Shown piece after piece: positions 48,308-58,537 of a stretch of DNA of 64,000 nucleotides. The notes below the pieces were generated by a model, which worked only from the letters and a program-made list of their open reading frames with translations, had not been told where the DNA came from and made no database searches. Origin of the DNA: Phycisphaerales bacterium (GTDB lineage Bacteria; Planctomycetota; Phycisphaerae; SM23-33; FEN-1343); the NCBI GenBank assembly GCA_003171335.1, contig PMYD01000101.1, positions 6,952 to 70,951 of the forward strand. Reading direction: 5' to 3'. Position 1 is the first letter of the stretch. Each line of letters opens with the position of its first letter. The position numbers and the translations under genes were made by a program.

Positions 48308-48328
48308 AACCGTAACAATGTTACGGTT
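48308..48328. promoter_or_regulatory. Perfect 21-bp palindrome AACCGTAACAaTGTTACGGTT directly after the fliL stop
   Basis: The palindrome can be read directly. Confidence 0.5.
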
Positions 48329-48645
48329 GAGATTTCCCGAGAGACTCCGGGCAGGTGTCGGGGAGCAGAGCTGCCGGCACACAGGCCACAACATATAGTG
48401 GTGCGGCCCGGCTCCTGCACAATGGACACCGGAAATCCTGATATGGCCGCGTGGGAATCATCAAGCTTGAGTTGGCGGCAACTGGAAACGGTTTCCATGT
48501 CCGCGATCCGTTACGGCAGGCGTGCCAAAATTCTGTTTCGTCGCCCTTTTTTTCGTGAAGTTTTACGGCGTCGCCGTTACATTCTGTGATGTTGAGACAA
48601 GTCACCTCCTGCAGTCAAGGATGACGACAGAAGGCGAGGTCAAGG

Positions 48646-49089
48646 ATGACCGAAAAAACAGATTCCCCCATCGCATCGGCTGCCGTTGCGGCCGTCGCCA
48701 ATGCGCCCTCCACTCTCTCTTCCGATGGCGCCTCTGCCGCCCCCGCTGATTCCGCCGGTGCGGCCGCCGCGCCGTCGGAGGGCGCCGGTCTGGAGATACC
48801 CGAAGTCAAGGTCGCCGATGCGGCGACCGGCGGCGACGCGGCCGGCGATAAAGCGCTGGACATGCTGGGCGACGTGGAACTGGACGTGAAGGTCGAGCTG
48901 GGCCGTTGCCAGATGCTCGTGGGCGATGTGTTGCGCCTGCAGGAAGGCGACGTCGTCGAGCTGGACAAACTCGCCGGCGATCCGGTGGACGTGTACGTGA
49001 ACGAACGGTTGGTGGCGCGCGGCGAGGTGCTCGTGGTGAACGAGAACTTCTGCGTGCGCGTTAACCAGATTGTGGCGAAGGAAGATTGA
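48646..49089 (+). CDS. fliN: Flagellar motor switch protein FliN
   Basis: It has the C-terminal SpoA/FliN domain ([24 protein letters not shown]). Confidence 0.9.
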   Translation: MTEKTDSPIASAAVAAVANAPSTLSSDGASAAPADSAGAAAAPSEGAGLEIPEVKVADAATGGDAAGDKALDMLGDVELDVKVELGRCQMLVGDVLRLQEGDVVELDKLAGDPVDVYVNERLVARGEVLVVNENFCVRVNQIVAKED

Positions 49090-49262
49090 GGCTGCAGGCT
49101 GCAGGCTTGAGGCGTGTAGTTGGCCGTTCCCTTCAATAACACTGCAGTGCCCGGTCCGAAAGAACGCAAAAAAGAGGCGGCGATTTCCCAGCCTCAAACC
49201 TGTTTCAGCCCCGGTGGGCCCCGCTCTCAAGCTCGCCGCGGCAGGTTTCGGAGAAGGACGAG

Positions 49263-50117
49263 ATGAAGGCAGGTCGTGGCCAATTTGTGGTCGCGATGGT
49301 TCTTGCGCTGGCCGCTGTCGCGCGCGCCCAGGCAATTGCGCCCAATGCTCCCACGGGCAGCGCAGATGTGACGGCGGCCGGATCGAGTTCTCCTGCGGCC
49401 CTCGGGGATGTGCCGGCCGGTTCACCCTCTTCAAGCGGCCAGATGGCGCCCGCCTCGCCGGTGCCATCTGGCGCTTTGCTGGCCGCACCGGTCGCCTCAC
49501 AAACCGGGGATTCCGACCGCTCGGGCAGCGAAGAAGGTCAACGCATTGGCCACCGCGGCACGGGCGGGCACACCAGTGGAAGTCAGCCGGCTTCGCACGC
49601 GCCGGATGATGGCTCCATGTGGTGGCGGACGCTCGGGGCCCTGGTTCTTGTGGTGGCGCTTATCTTTGGCCTGCGGTGGGTGCTTCGCCGCACTTCGCGT
49701 CTGCGTTCGGCGGGCGGCGGTGGGCAGGTGATCGAGGTCCTCAGCCGGACCAGCATTTCCCCGCGCCAAAGTCTGTTGCTGGTCCGTGTGGGCCAGAGTT
49801 TGCTGGTGGTGGGGGCGGGCGAGACGCTGACAACGCTGGCGCAGATCGACGACCCGACGCAGGTGGCGGAACTCTTAGGCAGCATCGAGCAGGCGCGTGC
49901 CAATTCCCTGACCAACACCTTCGCCCGTGCCCTGGGCCAGTGGCGCACCTCCAGTGTCGACTTTGCCGCCCAGAGCATGGATTCCGAAGCCGCCGCCCAG
50001 ACGCCCGATGATGCCACCGGCGCGCCGCGCACGGCTGCCGGGGGCGCGGCCGAGCGGCTGCGCGGCATGGCCGAAAAGGTTCGGGAAGTCGGCAAAAATC
50101 TGCGGGGGCGGCCATGA
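49263..50117 (+). CDS. fliO: Flagellar biosynthesis protein FliO/FliZ-like
   Basis: It has a signal peptide and a TM segment followed by the FliO-like segment (VIEVLSRTSISPRQSLLLVRVGQSLLVVG). Its stop overlaps the fliP start. Confidence 0.6.
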   Translation: MKAGRGQFVVAMVLALAAVARAQAIAPNAPTGSADVTAAGSSSPAALGDVPAGSPSSSGQMAPASPVPSGALLAAPVASQTGDSDRSGSEEGQRIGHRGTGGHTSGSQPASHAPDDGSMWWRTLGALVLVVALIFGLRWVLRRTSRLRSAGGGGQVIEVLSRTSISPRQSLLLVRVGQSLLVVGAGETLTTLAQIDDPTQVAELLGSIEQARANSLTNTFARALGQWRTSSVDFAAQSMDSEAAAQTPDDATGAPRTAAGGAAERLRGMAEKVREVGKNLRGRP

Positions 50118-51001
50118 AGCGCCTCTGCACAATCGCATGTCTCGCTGTGCTGCTGAGCACAGAACCGGCCCTGGCGCAGCGCGCCACGCCGGCGGCGCGC
50201 TCGGCGGCCCGCGCGAATGCCGCGGTTTCCAACGTGCCCTTGGCGCCCATGATCGATCCGCCGGCCGGCACGGACCTGGATCCCACCACCTCGGCCCCCC
50301 GCGCGGGCGGGCTTGATTTGCAGGCCCAGCTCCAGGCCGCCGTCTCCCCCCAGCGGACGACCTCCACCGTGCAAGTGCTGCTGCTCTTGACCGTGCTGAC
50401 GCTGGTGCCGTCGATCCTGGTGCTGATGACCAGCTTCACGCGAATCGTCGTGGTGCTGAGCCTGTTGCGCCAGGCGATGGCGACCCAGCAGCTCCCGCCC
50501 AACCAGGTACTGCTGGGGTTGGCGCTGTTCATGACCTTCGTGGTGATGGCGCCGGTGTACAACAAGGTGCACGCCTCGGCCATCGTTCCTTATACCGAAG
50601 GCAAACTGACGCAGGCCGGGGCGATGCACGCCGCCGAGGGGCATATCCGCGACTTCATGATCGGCCAGGTCGAGGCCGGCGGCAACACCGACGACGTGTA
50701 CCTGTTCCTCGATGAGCAGACGGCCAGCCGGCCCAGCTTGGTGTGGGCCGACGTGCCGACCCTGACGCTCATTCCGGCTTTCGTGGTAAGCGAGTTGAAA
50801 ATTGCATTCTTGATGGGATTCCGCATTTACCTGCCGTTCCTGATCATTGACATGGTGATCGCCTCGGTGCTGATCAGCATGGGCATGCTCATGCTGCCGC
50901 CGGTGCTGATCAGCCTGCCGTTCAAACTGCTGCTGTTTGTGCTGGTGGACGGCTGGCACCTGGTGGTGCGGACGCTGATGATGAGTTTTGGCCCGTCCTG
51001 A
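50114..51001 (+). CDS. fliP: Flagellar export apparatus protein FliP
   Basis: It shows the FliP pattern. Confidence 0.95.
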   Translation: MKRLCTIACLAVLLSTEPALAQRATPAARSAARANAAVSNVPLAPMIDPPAGTDLDPTTSAPRAGGLDLQAQLQAAVSPQRTTSTVQVLLLLTVLTLVPSILVLMTSFTRIVVVLSLLRQAMATQQLPPNQVLLGLALFMTFVVMAPVYNKVHASAIVPYTEGKLTQAGAMHAAEGHIRDFMIGQVEAGGNTDDVYLFLDEQTASRPSLVWADVPTLTLIPAFVVSELKIAFLMGFRIYLPFLIIDMVIASVLISMGMLMLPPVLISLPFKLLLFVLVDGWHLVVRTLMMSFGPS

Positions 51002-51014
51002 AAGGACGTTTCGG

Positions 51015-51272
51015 ATGGATATGTCGCAAGCGGTCGACCTGGCGCGGCAAAGCGTGCTGCTGCTGCTGGTGATTTCCGCCCCCACGCTGGCCGTGGGCAT
51101 GGCGGTGGGCCTGGTGATTAGCGTTCTGCAGGCGGTCACGCAGGTGCAGGAGCAGACGCTGAGTTTCGTGCCCAAGATCGTGGCCATGGTCCTGGCGGCG
51201 GTGGTGACCGCCTCCTGGGCCGGAGAAAAACTGCTGGAATTCGCGCGTGACATGTTTGGGACGATGCCGTGA
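51015..51272 (+). CDS. fliQ: Flagellar export apparatus protein FliQ
   Basis: It shows the FliQ pattern. Confidence 0.9.
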   Translation: MDMSQAVDLARQSVLLLLVISAPTLAVGMAVGLVISVLQAVTQVQEQTLSFVPKIVAMVLAAVVTASWAGEKLLEFARDMFGTMP

Positions 51273-51290
51273 AAGGATTGATGGGCCGAC

Positions 51291-52055
51291 ATGTTCGACC
51301 TGGCACCGTATTTCGTCTGGGCGCCGACGCTGATGCTGGTCATTGCGCGCGTCTCGGGCATCTTTATGACGGCCCCGCTGCTGTCCAACTCTTGGATTCC
51401 CACGACGGTCAAGGCGTTGCTGAGCATCGTCGTGGGCCTGGCGGTGACGGCCCGGCTGGCCGCACCGGTCGCGCCGCCGGCGGATTGGGCCGCGCTGGTG
51501 ATGGGCATGGGCGGGGAGCTGCTGATCGGCGCCACCATCGGTTTTGCGACCAACCTGTTGTTCGGGGCGATGGAAATGGCTGGCGAGCAGATCGGCCAGC
51601 AGATGGGCATCTCGCTGGCCGAGGTGTTCAACCCGCTGTCCGAAACGAACACGAACGTCGTCGGCCAGTTGCTCAACCTGACGGGCCTGGCGATCTTCCT
51701 GCTGATCGGCGGGCACCGGACCATGCTGGGCGGCCTGCTGGACACGTTTCATTCGGTGCCGCTGCTGAAAGTGACCCTGCCGGCGGGATTGATGGATGTC
51801 ATGGTCGCGTTGATGACGGCCGCGCTGGTGCTGTCCATGAAGGTGGCGGCCCCGGTGCTGGTGGTCATGCTGCTGGTGTCGATGGCCATGGGCCTCATCC
51901 AGCGGACGATGCCGCAACTCAATATTCTGTCCGTCGGTTTCCAGGTGCGTGCGGCGGTGGCCGCGGGGGTGCTGGCGCTGGGCGTGGCCGCGCTGGGTCC
52001 GTTGATCCAGCAGGCGTGGTCCGGGGCGTCGGAATTGATTGCGTCACTGTTTTAA
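51291..52055 (+). CDS. fliR: Flagellar export apparatus protein FliR
   Basis: It shows the FliR pattern. Confidence 0.9.
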   Translation: MFDLAPYFVWAPTLMLVIARVSGIFMTAPLLSNSWIPTTVKALLSIVVGLAVTARLAAPVAPPADWAALVMGMGGELLIGATIGFATNLLFGAMEMAGEQIGQQMGISLAEVFNPLSETNTNVVGQLLNLTGLAIFLLIGGHRTMLGGLLDTFHSVPLLKVTLPAGLMDVMVALMTAALVLSMKVAAPVLVVMLLVSMAMGLIQRTMPQLNILSVGFQVRAAVAAGVLALGVAALGPLIQQAWSGASELIASLF

Positions 52056-52431
52056 ACTGGGCAAGACTGGAGGACGTAACGAACACAGGCGAGTGAACCC
52101 CTGCCGTTTCGAGGACGGAAGTGTGAGATGGCAAAACGGTGTATCAAGGTCGGCACGGGCAGGTCGCTTTTCGCGAACCGGCCGCGGCTGGGCCGCCGAG
52201 GGCTGCGGGGTCAGCCGGCGACGATGTCGCTGAAGCCCCCGGCCGGAAAGGTGCCGCCCCAGGGCCTGGAACTGGATGTGCAGGAAGCGACGGTGATTTC
52301 CGACGCACAGGATTCCACTGTCCAGGGGCCGACCTGAGGCAAATCGGCAGTCGCAAATGAGTGAAGTGAGTTGACGTTGCCGGGCAGTCGCGGCGTCGGC
52401 GGCGGTTTGAGGTACGCAAGAAGAAGGCCCC

Positions 52432-53526
52432 ATGGCTAGCGAGGATCAAGGCGAAAGGACAGAAGCGCCAACCGAGCGGCGGCGACAGGAGTCGCGGCAG
52501 CAGGGTCAGGTGGCGCGCAGCACGGACTTGACCTCCGCCGTGATTCTCATGGGTGTGCTGGGCGCACTGTACATGCTGGGCACGCGGATGTTCGGCGAAA
52601 TGGCCTCCGTGATGCACCGGCTGCTGGATGGCGGTTCGGCCGCCGCGGACCTGACGGATGCCGCGGCGACGGTCAAGCGCTGCCTGGTGGACCTGGGCGT
52701 GATCCTCGCCCCGTTGATGCTGACGGCGGTGGTGCTGGCGGTGCTGAGCAACCTGATTCAGGTTGGCATGCAGGTGACCACCGAGCCGTTGAAGCCCGAC
52801 CTGGGCAAGCTCAATCCGCTGGCGGGGCTGGAGCGGATGTTCTCCCGCCGATCGCTCATTCGCCTGGTGATGAGCCTGGGCAAGGTGGCCCTGGTGGCGC
52901 TGGTGGCGTACGTGACCATTGCCGCCCGGATGGACGCGATTCTGGCGGCCAGCGCCCTGGGCTACCAGCGGCTGGCCTCGACGGCGGCGTCGATGGTCGG
53001 CGCGCTGGGTTTGCGCATCGGCGCGGTGCTGCTGGTGCTGGCGCTGCTGGACTACCTCTTCCAGCGCTGGCAGCACGAGCAGGAGCTGCGCATGACCCGC
53101 CAGGAACTCCGGGAAGACCTCAAGCGCATGGAAGGCGACCCGCAGATCCGGGCCCGCCGCCAGCGCATCGCCCGGCAACTGGCCATGCAGCGGATGAGCC
53201 GCCAGGTGCCCAAGGCCACGGTCGTCGTGACCAATCCGACGCACTTGGCCGTGGCGCTGCAATATAAGCAGGGCATGCAGGCCCCCCGGGTGTTGGCCAA
53301 AGGCGCTGACTACATGGCCATTCGCATCAAGCAGATCGCCGCCGGCGCCGGCGTGCCCATCGTGGAACGCCGCCCGCTGGCCCAGGCGTTGTACAAAGCC
53401 TGCCGCATCGGCGACGAAATTCCCGTCAACCTGTACCAGGCGGTGGCAGAGGTGCTGGCATACGTGTACGAACTGGCGCGGCACCGCCGGCCCAGACCCA
53501 GGCCCGTCGAGGTAGGACAGGGATAA
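52432..53526 (+). CDS. flhB: Flagellar export apparatus protein FlhB
   Basis: It has the FlhB pattern, with an NPTH autocleavage motif present (TNPTHLAVAL). Confidence 0.9.
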   Translation: MASEDQGERTEAPTERRRQESRQQGQVARSTDLTSAVILMGVLGALYMLGTRMFGEMASVMHRLLDGGSAAADLTDAAATVKRCLVDLGVILAPLMLTAVVLAVLSNLIQVGMQVTTEPLKPDLGKLNPLAGLERMFSRRSLIRLVMSLGKVALVALVAYVTIAARMDAILAASALGYQRLASTAASMVGALGLRIGAVLLVLALLDYLFQRWQHEQELRMTRQELREDLKRMEGDPQIRARRQRIARQLAMQRMSRQVPKATVVVTNPTHLAVALQYKQGMQAPRVLAKGADYMAIRIKQIAAGAGVPIVERRPLAQALYKACRIGDEIPVNLYQAVAEVLAYVYELARHRRPRPRPVEVGQG

Positions 53527-53548
53527 GGAACAGGCTCAACGAGTCTGA

Positions 53549-55654
53549 TTGGATATGGCCCGAGCACTGGTGATCACAAGCCGGATCCTGAGCACGCTGC
53601 AGAAGCAGCGGGGACTGATATTCCCGCTGGCCTCGGCCATGCTCATTTTCGTGATCCTGGTGCCCCTGCCGGTCGTGCTGCTGAATCTCCTGCTGATCGC
53701 CAATATCACGCTGGCCGCGGTGATCCTGCTGACGACGATCTACGTGAGCAGCCCGCTGGAGTTCAGCGTCTTTCCCAGCCTGCTGCTGGGCACGACGCTG
53801 TTCCGCCTGGTGCTCAACGTGGCCACCACGCGGCTCATTTTGACGGCCGGCGATAACGGACGGGGCGTCGGCGAGGCCATCAATGCCGCCGGCGGGGTGG
53901 TTCGCGTCTTCAGCGAGATGGTGGCCGGCGGCTCGCTGGCGGTCGGCATGATCATCTTCATCATTCTGGTGGTCATCCAGTTCGTGGTGATCACCAAGGG
54001 TGCCACGCGCATCAGCGAAGTGGCCGCCCGCTTCACCTTGGACGGTATGCCTGGCAAGCAGATGGCCATCGACGCCGACCTGAACGCCGGGCTCATCAAC
54101 GATGTCGAGGCCCGCCGTCGCCGCGACGCCATCAGCCGCGAGGCCGACTTCTACGGGGCCATGGACGGTGCCTCCAAGTTCGTCCGCGGCGACGCCATTG
54201 CCGGCATCGTCATCATCCTGGTGAACATCGTCGGCGGCCTGGCCGTGGGCATGCTGCAGTACGGTTGGTCCATCGGCGACAGCGCCCACCTGTTCACGCG
54301 CCTGACGATCGGCGATGGGCTGGTCAGCCAGATTCCCGCGTTCATCATTTCGATCGGTGCCGGCCTGATCGTCACACGCTCCACGGCCCGCACCAACCTG
54401 GGCGAGGAGTTGCTGTCGCAGTTGACGGCCCGGCCGATCGCGCTGGTTATCGCCGCCTTCTTCCTGCTGACGCTGATGGTGACGGGCCTGCCGCGCATTC
54501 CCCTGCTGCTGATGGCGACGGCGCTGGGCGGCATGGCGTACGTCATCACCCAGGGCCAGAAAAAGCAGGTCGCCACGGTGGCCGCCGAGGCGGCCAGGAA
54601 CGCCCGCCCCAAGGAGAGCGGCAAGGTCGAGGAGATGCTGGGCGTGGACCCGATGCAACTGGAGGTCGGCTATGGCCTGGTGCGCCTGGTCGACACCTCC
54701 CAGGGCGGCGACCTGCTGGAGCGGATCGCCAATCTCCGCCGGCAGATCGCCACGGAAATGGGCCTGCTCGTGCCGCCGATCCGCATCCGCGACAACATGC
54801 AGCTCGAGGCGAACACGTACGTGCTGAAGATCCGCGATGTGCAGGTGGCCCGCGGCCAGGTCGTCCCGGGCCAGTACCTGGCGATGGACAGCGGTGCCGC
54901 CACGGGCCGCCTGCTGGGCGAGGCCACCAAGGAGCCGGCCTTCGGCCTGCCGGCGGTGTGGATCAGCCCCGACCAGAAAGACCGCGCCGAGATGCTCAAT
55001 TACACGGTCGTCGACGCCACCACCGTGCTGGCCACGCACCTGACGGAAATCATTCGCCAGCACGGCCATCGCCTGCTGACGCGCGAGCAGGTCAACCGGC
55101 TGCTGGAGACGATGAAAGAGAAGTCGCCGCACCTGGTGCAGGAAGTGATCCCCGACCTGGTCAAGCCGGGCCAGCTCCAGAAAGTGCTGGGAAACCTGCT
55201 CCGCGAGCGCGTGCCTATCCGCGACCTGGAGACCATTTTAGAGACGCTGGGCGACTGGATCGGCCGCACGGACGATCTGGACGTGCTGACGGAGTACGTG
55301 CGCCACGCCCTGGCCCGCACCATCTGCCAGCAGTACCGCGATGGCGAGGGCAGATTGTGGTGCGTCACGCTGGACCCGGGGATGGAGGACACGATCAACG
55401 CCCACATCGAGCGTTCCGAGCGCGGCACGATGATGACCATCCCGCCGCAGGTGGCCCGCGATCTGGTGCAGTCCATCGCCGAGCAGCTTCAGCGGCTGGT
55501 GGCGGGGGGGCATCCGCCGGTGGTGCTTTGCTCGCCGCCGGTGCGCGCCCCCGTGCGGCGGCTGCTGGAGCCCTCGCTGCCCAACGTGGCGGTGCTGGGA
55601 TACAACGAGATTGACGGCGTGCAGGTGGAGTCGATGTCCATGGTGACAACGTGA
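53549..55654 (+). CDS. flhA: Flagellar export apparatus protein FlhA
   Basis: It shows the FlhA pattern. Confidence 0.95.
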   Translation: MDMARALVITSRILSTLQKQRGLIFPLASAMLIFVILVPLPVVLLNLLLIANITLAAVILLTTIYVSSPLEFSVFPSLLLGTTLFRLVLNVATTRLILTAGDNGRGVGEAINAAGGVVRVFSEMVAGGSLAVGMIIFIILVVIQFVVITKGATRISEVAARFTLDGMPGKQMAIDADLNAGLINDVEARRRRDAISREADFYGAMDGASKFVRGDAIAGIVIILVNIVGGLAVGMLQYGWSIGDSAHLFTRLTIGDGLVSQIPAFIISIGAGLIVTRSTARTNLGEELLSQLTARPIALVIAAFFLLTLMVTGLPRIPLLLMATALGGMAYVITQGQKKQVATVAAEAARNARPKESGKVEEMLGVDPMQLEVGYGLVRLVDTSQGGDLLERIANLRRQIATEMGLLVPPIRIRDNMQLEANTYVLKIRDVQVARGQVVPGQYLAMDSGAATGRLLGEATKEPAFGLPAVWISPDQKDRAEMLNYTVVDATTVLATHLTEIIRQHGHRLLTREQVNRLLETMKEKSPHLVQEVIPDLVKPGQLQKVLGNLLRERVPIRDLETILETLGDWIGRTDDLDVLTEYVRHALARTICQQYRDGEGRLWCVTLDPGMEDTINAHIERSERGTMMTIPPQVARDLVQSIAEQLQRLVAGGHPPVVLCSPPVRAPVRRLLEPSLPNVAVLGYNEIDGVQVESMSMVTT

Positions 55655-55679
55655 GTGGTAAAGCGCGGCCTTTTCGAGG

Positions 55680-57023
55680 GTGTCCATGAAATTGAAAACC
55701 TATCAAGCCTGTTCGATGGCCGAGGCCTTGGCCGCGGTGAAGCGCGACCTGGGCCGCGATGCGGTGATCCTGCACACCCGCCATTTCCGCAAAGGCGGCC
55801 TGCTGGGGCTGGGCGGCCGGCAGATGTGGGAGATCACGGCCTCGCAGAATGTCAACGTGCCCGCCCGGCCGCTGCGAAATGCGGATGCGGCCGCGGGCGG
55901 CGCCAAGGCCATACCGGCGCCCAAGGCCGCGGCCAGCTTGAGAAAGTCGGCATCCAACAGCGCCGTTGCGGTCATCGACGGCCCGGACCTGGCGCCGCTG
56001 CTGGAGGAGGAGCCGCCCCTCCGTGCGCGCGTGCCCGCACGGCCGACCCTAACGCGCCTCGCCGCGCCACCCGGCGCGAAGCGCGCCATCCCTGCGGCCG
56101 CCAAGGCCGCGGCGCCGGCCGGCACGCTGCCCCCCAGCGCGATCGTTCTGGCCGAGCAGCTCGGCAAGCTGACGGGCATGGTCGAAAAGCTGCTGCGCCG
56201 CCAGGAAGCCCCCGATGCGCCGCCCGCGCCCGAAGAGCTGTTCGAGGTGTATCTCAATCTGCTTCAGCAGGACGTGGCCGAGGATATTGCCCGCGAGCTG
56301 GTGCAGAAGCTGCGCAGCGAGCTGACGCCCCAGCAACTGGCCAATCGCGCCGCGATCACCGAGCGGCTGCTGGACTCCATCGCCTCCATGATCCCCACGC
56401 AGGTGCCCGTCACGGGCAACGTGGGCCGGCCGCGGGTTATCGTGCTGATCGGCCCCACAGGCGTGGGCAAGACCACCACGATCGCCAAGCTGGCGGCCAA
56501 CCTGAAGCTGCGGCAGAACCAGCACGTGGGCCTCATCACGGTGGACACGTATCGAATCGCCGCCGTCGAGCAGCTCCGCACGTATGCGCAGATCATCCAC
56601 GTGCCGCTGTCGGTCGTGATGTCGCCGGAGGAGCTGTCCAGCGCCATCGAGGACATGGCCGACATGGATGTGATCCTCGTGGACACCGCCGGCCGCAGCC
56701 AGCGCAACGGCGAGCGGCTGGATGAGCTCAAGCGGTTTCTGGCCGCCGCGAGGGCCGACGAGGTGCACCTGGTGCTCTCCACGACGGCCAACCAGAAGAA
56801 TCTTCAGTCGGCGATCGAGCGGTTCGGCGCCCTCGGGGCCGACCGGCTGATCTTAACGAAGCTTGACGAGGCCGTTTCTTTCGGGATGATCTTGAATATT
56901 GTCCGGCGCATGGACGCCGCACTGAGTTTCGTGACGACAGGCCAGGATGTGCCGGACGACATTGAAGTCGGCGAGGGCCGCAAGCTGGCCCAGCGGATCG
57001 TGGGAGGGACGTGCGGATGTTGA
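55680..57023 (+). CDS. flhF: Flagellar biosynthesis GTPase FlhF (SRP-like)
   Basis: It has an SRP54-type G domain ([20 protein letters not shown]). Confidence 0.85.
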   Translation: MSMKLKTYQACSMAEALAAVKRDLGRDAVILHTRHFRKGGLLGLGGRQMWEITASQNVNVPARPLRNADAAAGGAKAIPAPKAAASLRKSASNSAVAVIDGPDLAPLLEEEPPLRARVPARPTLTRLAAPPGAKRAIPAAAKAAAPAGTLPPSAIVLAEQLGKLTGMVEKLLRRQEAPDAPPAPEELFEVYLNLLQQDVAEDIARELVQKLRSELTPQQLANRAAITERLLDSIASMIPTQVPVTGNVGRPRVIVLIGPTGVGKTTTIAKLAANLKLRQNQHVGLITVDTYRIAAVEQLRTYAQIIHVPLSVVMSPEELSSAIEDMADMDVILVDTAGRSQRNGERLDELKRFLAAARADEVHLVLSTTANQKNLQSAIERFGALGADRLILTKLDEAVSFGMILNIVRRMDAALSFVTTGQDVPDDIEVGEGRKLAQRIVGGTCGC

Positions 57024-57862
57024 AGGACCAGGCAAGCAAACTCCGGGCCCTGATGCGCGAGGCCCGGCAGACGCATACTATCGCCGTCACCAGCGGCAAG
57101 GGCGGCGTGGGCAAGTCAAACGTGGCCTTGAACCTGGCGGTGCTGCTCTCGGCGGCGGGCAATCGCGTGGCGCTGCTGGATGCGGACCTGGGGCTGGCCA
57201 ACCTGGACGTGCTGGTCGATGTGCCCACGCGCGTGAATCTGGCGCACGTGGTGGCCGGCCAGCGCAGCCTGCGCGATGTGGTGGTCGACCTGCCCTGCGG
57301 CGTGCAACTCGTGCCGGGCGCCTCGGGCCTGGCGCGAATGGCCGACCTGAATGAGTTCCAGCGCTCCAAGCTGGTGCAGGACCTGGGCAGCCTGGAGGAG
57401 GAGAACGACATCATCGTCGTGGACACGGGCGCCGGCATCGGCCGCAACGTGATCACCTTCGCCTCCACGGCCGACACCGTGCTGGTGGTCACGACGCCCG
57501 AGCCCACGAGCATCACGGATGCGTACGCCGTCATCAAGGTGCTCATTCGCCAGGGCTTTGCCGGCCGGCTGAACCTGCTGGTCAATTTCGCCGCCGATCG
57601 CAACGAGGCGCGCTCGGCGTTCAGCCGCGTGGCTTCCGTCGCCCGGCAGTTCCTGGCGGCCGAGGTGTTCGACGCCGGCTACGTGCTGACGGATCCGAAG
57701 GTGCCGGCCGCCGTGCGCCGCCGCCAGCCCTGGGTGCTGGCGTATCCGCGCTGTCCGGCCAGCCGGTGTCTGGCGGCGCTGGCGACCAAGCTGTGCCGCA
57801 AGGATGGGCTGTTGACGCAGCGCGAGGGATTCTTCCGCCGCGTGGCCAATTGGTTGGCCTAG
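57011..57862 (+). CDS. flhG: Flagellar number regulator FlhG/FleN (MinD-like ATPase)
   Basis: It has a deviant Walker A motif (SGKGGVGKS). Confidence 0.85.
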   Translation: MRMLKDQASKLRALMREARQTHTIAVTSGKGGVGKSNVALNLAVLLSAAGNRVALLDADLGLANLDVLVDVPTRVNLAHVVAGQRSLRDVVVDLPCGVQLVPGASGLARMADLNEFQRSKLVQDLGSLEEENDIIVVDTGAGIGRNVITFASTADTVLVVTTPEPTSITDAYAVIKVLIRQGFAGRLNLLVNFAADRNEARSAFSRVASVARQFLAAEVFDAGYVLTDPKVPAAVRRRQPWVLAYPRCPASRCLAALATKLCRKDGLLTQREGFFRRVANWLA

Positions 57863-58028
57863 AGCCTGCGGCAGAGCGGCGGCAACTCGAGAAGATGGTT
57901 TTTACGCTATTAAGGTGTAGACCTCAGCTTGCTACCCGGCAACTTGGGGTATGATGTAGCGTGCTGGAACAGTTCGGCGCCTGGCTCACGGATCGGGCCG
58001 GCCGCATGGACGCGAAAACGAGACACGG

Positions 58029-58466
58029 ATGATCACACGTTTGACTGCCGCCATCGTCGCTTTGCTCGCCTTCGCCGGGATGATCCTGGCGGGACTGGCG
58101 GCCGGCAATCCTTTTGAAACCATCCTGTATCGCGCGCTGATCGGGCTGGTCGTCGGCCTGGCCGTGGGGCACATCGCCGGCGTGCTGGCCCGCAAGATCG
58201 TGCACGAACACTTTACCACGCTCATCGAGCGCGATACCGAAACGGAACTCACCGCCGCAGGCGTCCCCGCGGTCGAGGCGGCCCCGGTGGAAATGGCCGC
58301 GGCCCAGCCGGCGGCGGCGACCGTACCCGCCGGCACGGTAACCCAAAAAGAAGTCGCGCCGGATGTTGCTCAAGAGCCCGCCTCCGACGGCCGACAAAAG
58401 GAACGCCTGACCCGGGAACGGACGCTGTCCATGCGCGCGGCCCGGGAGATGCAGAATCAGTTGTAG
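58029..58466 (+). CDS. Hypothetical small membrane protein
   Basis: It has two predicted TM helices and no recognised domain. Confidence 0.35.
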   Translation: MITRLTAAIVALLAFAGMILAGLAAGNPFETILYRALIGLVVGLAVGHIAGVLARKIVHEHFTTLIERDTETELTAAGVPAVEAAPVEMAAAQPAAATVPAGTVTQKEVAPDVAQEPASDGRQKERLTRERTLSMRAAREMQNQL

Positions 58467-58537
58467 CAACAGCGCCTCATGCGGATGGTTCGTTAACGGA
58501 TTTGTAGCACCGGCAGCACCATGGAAGGAGCCTTTCG

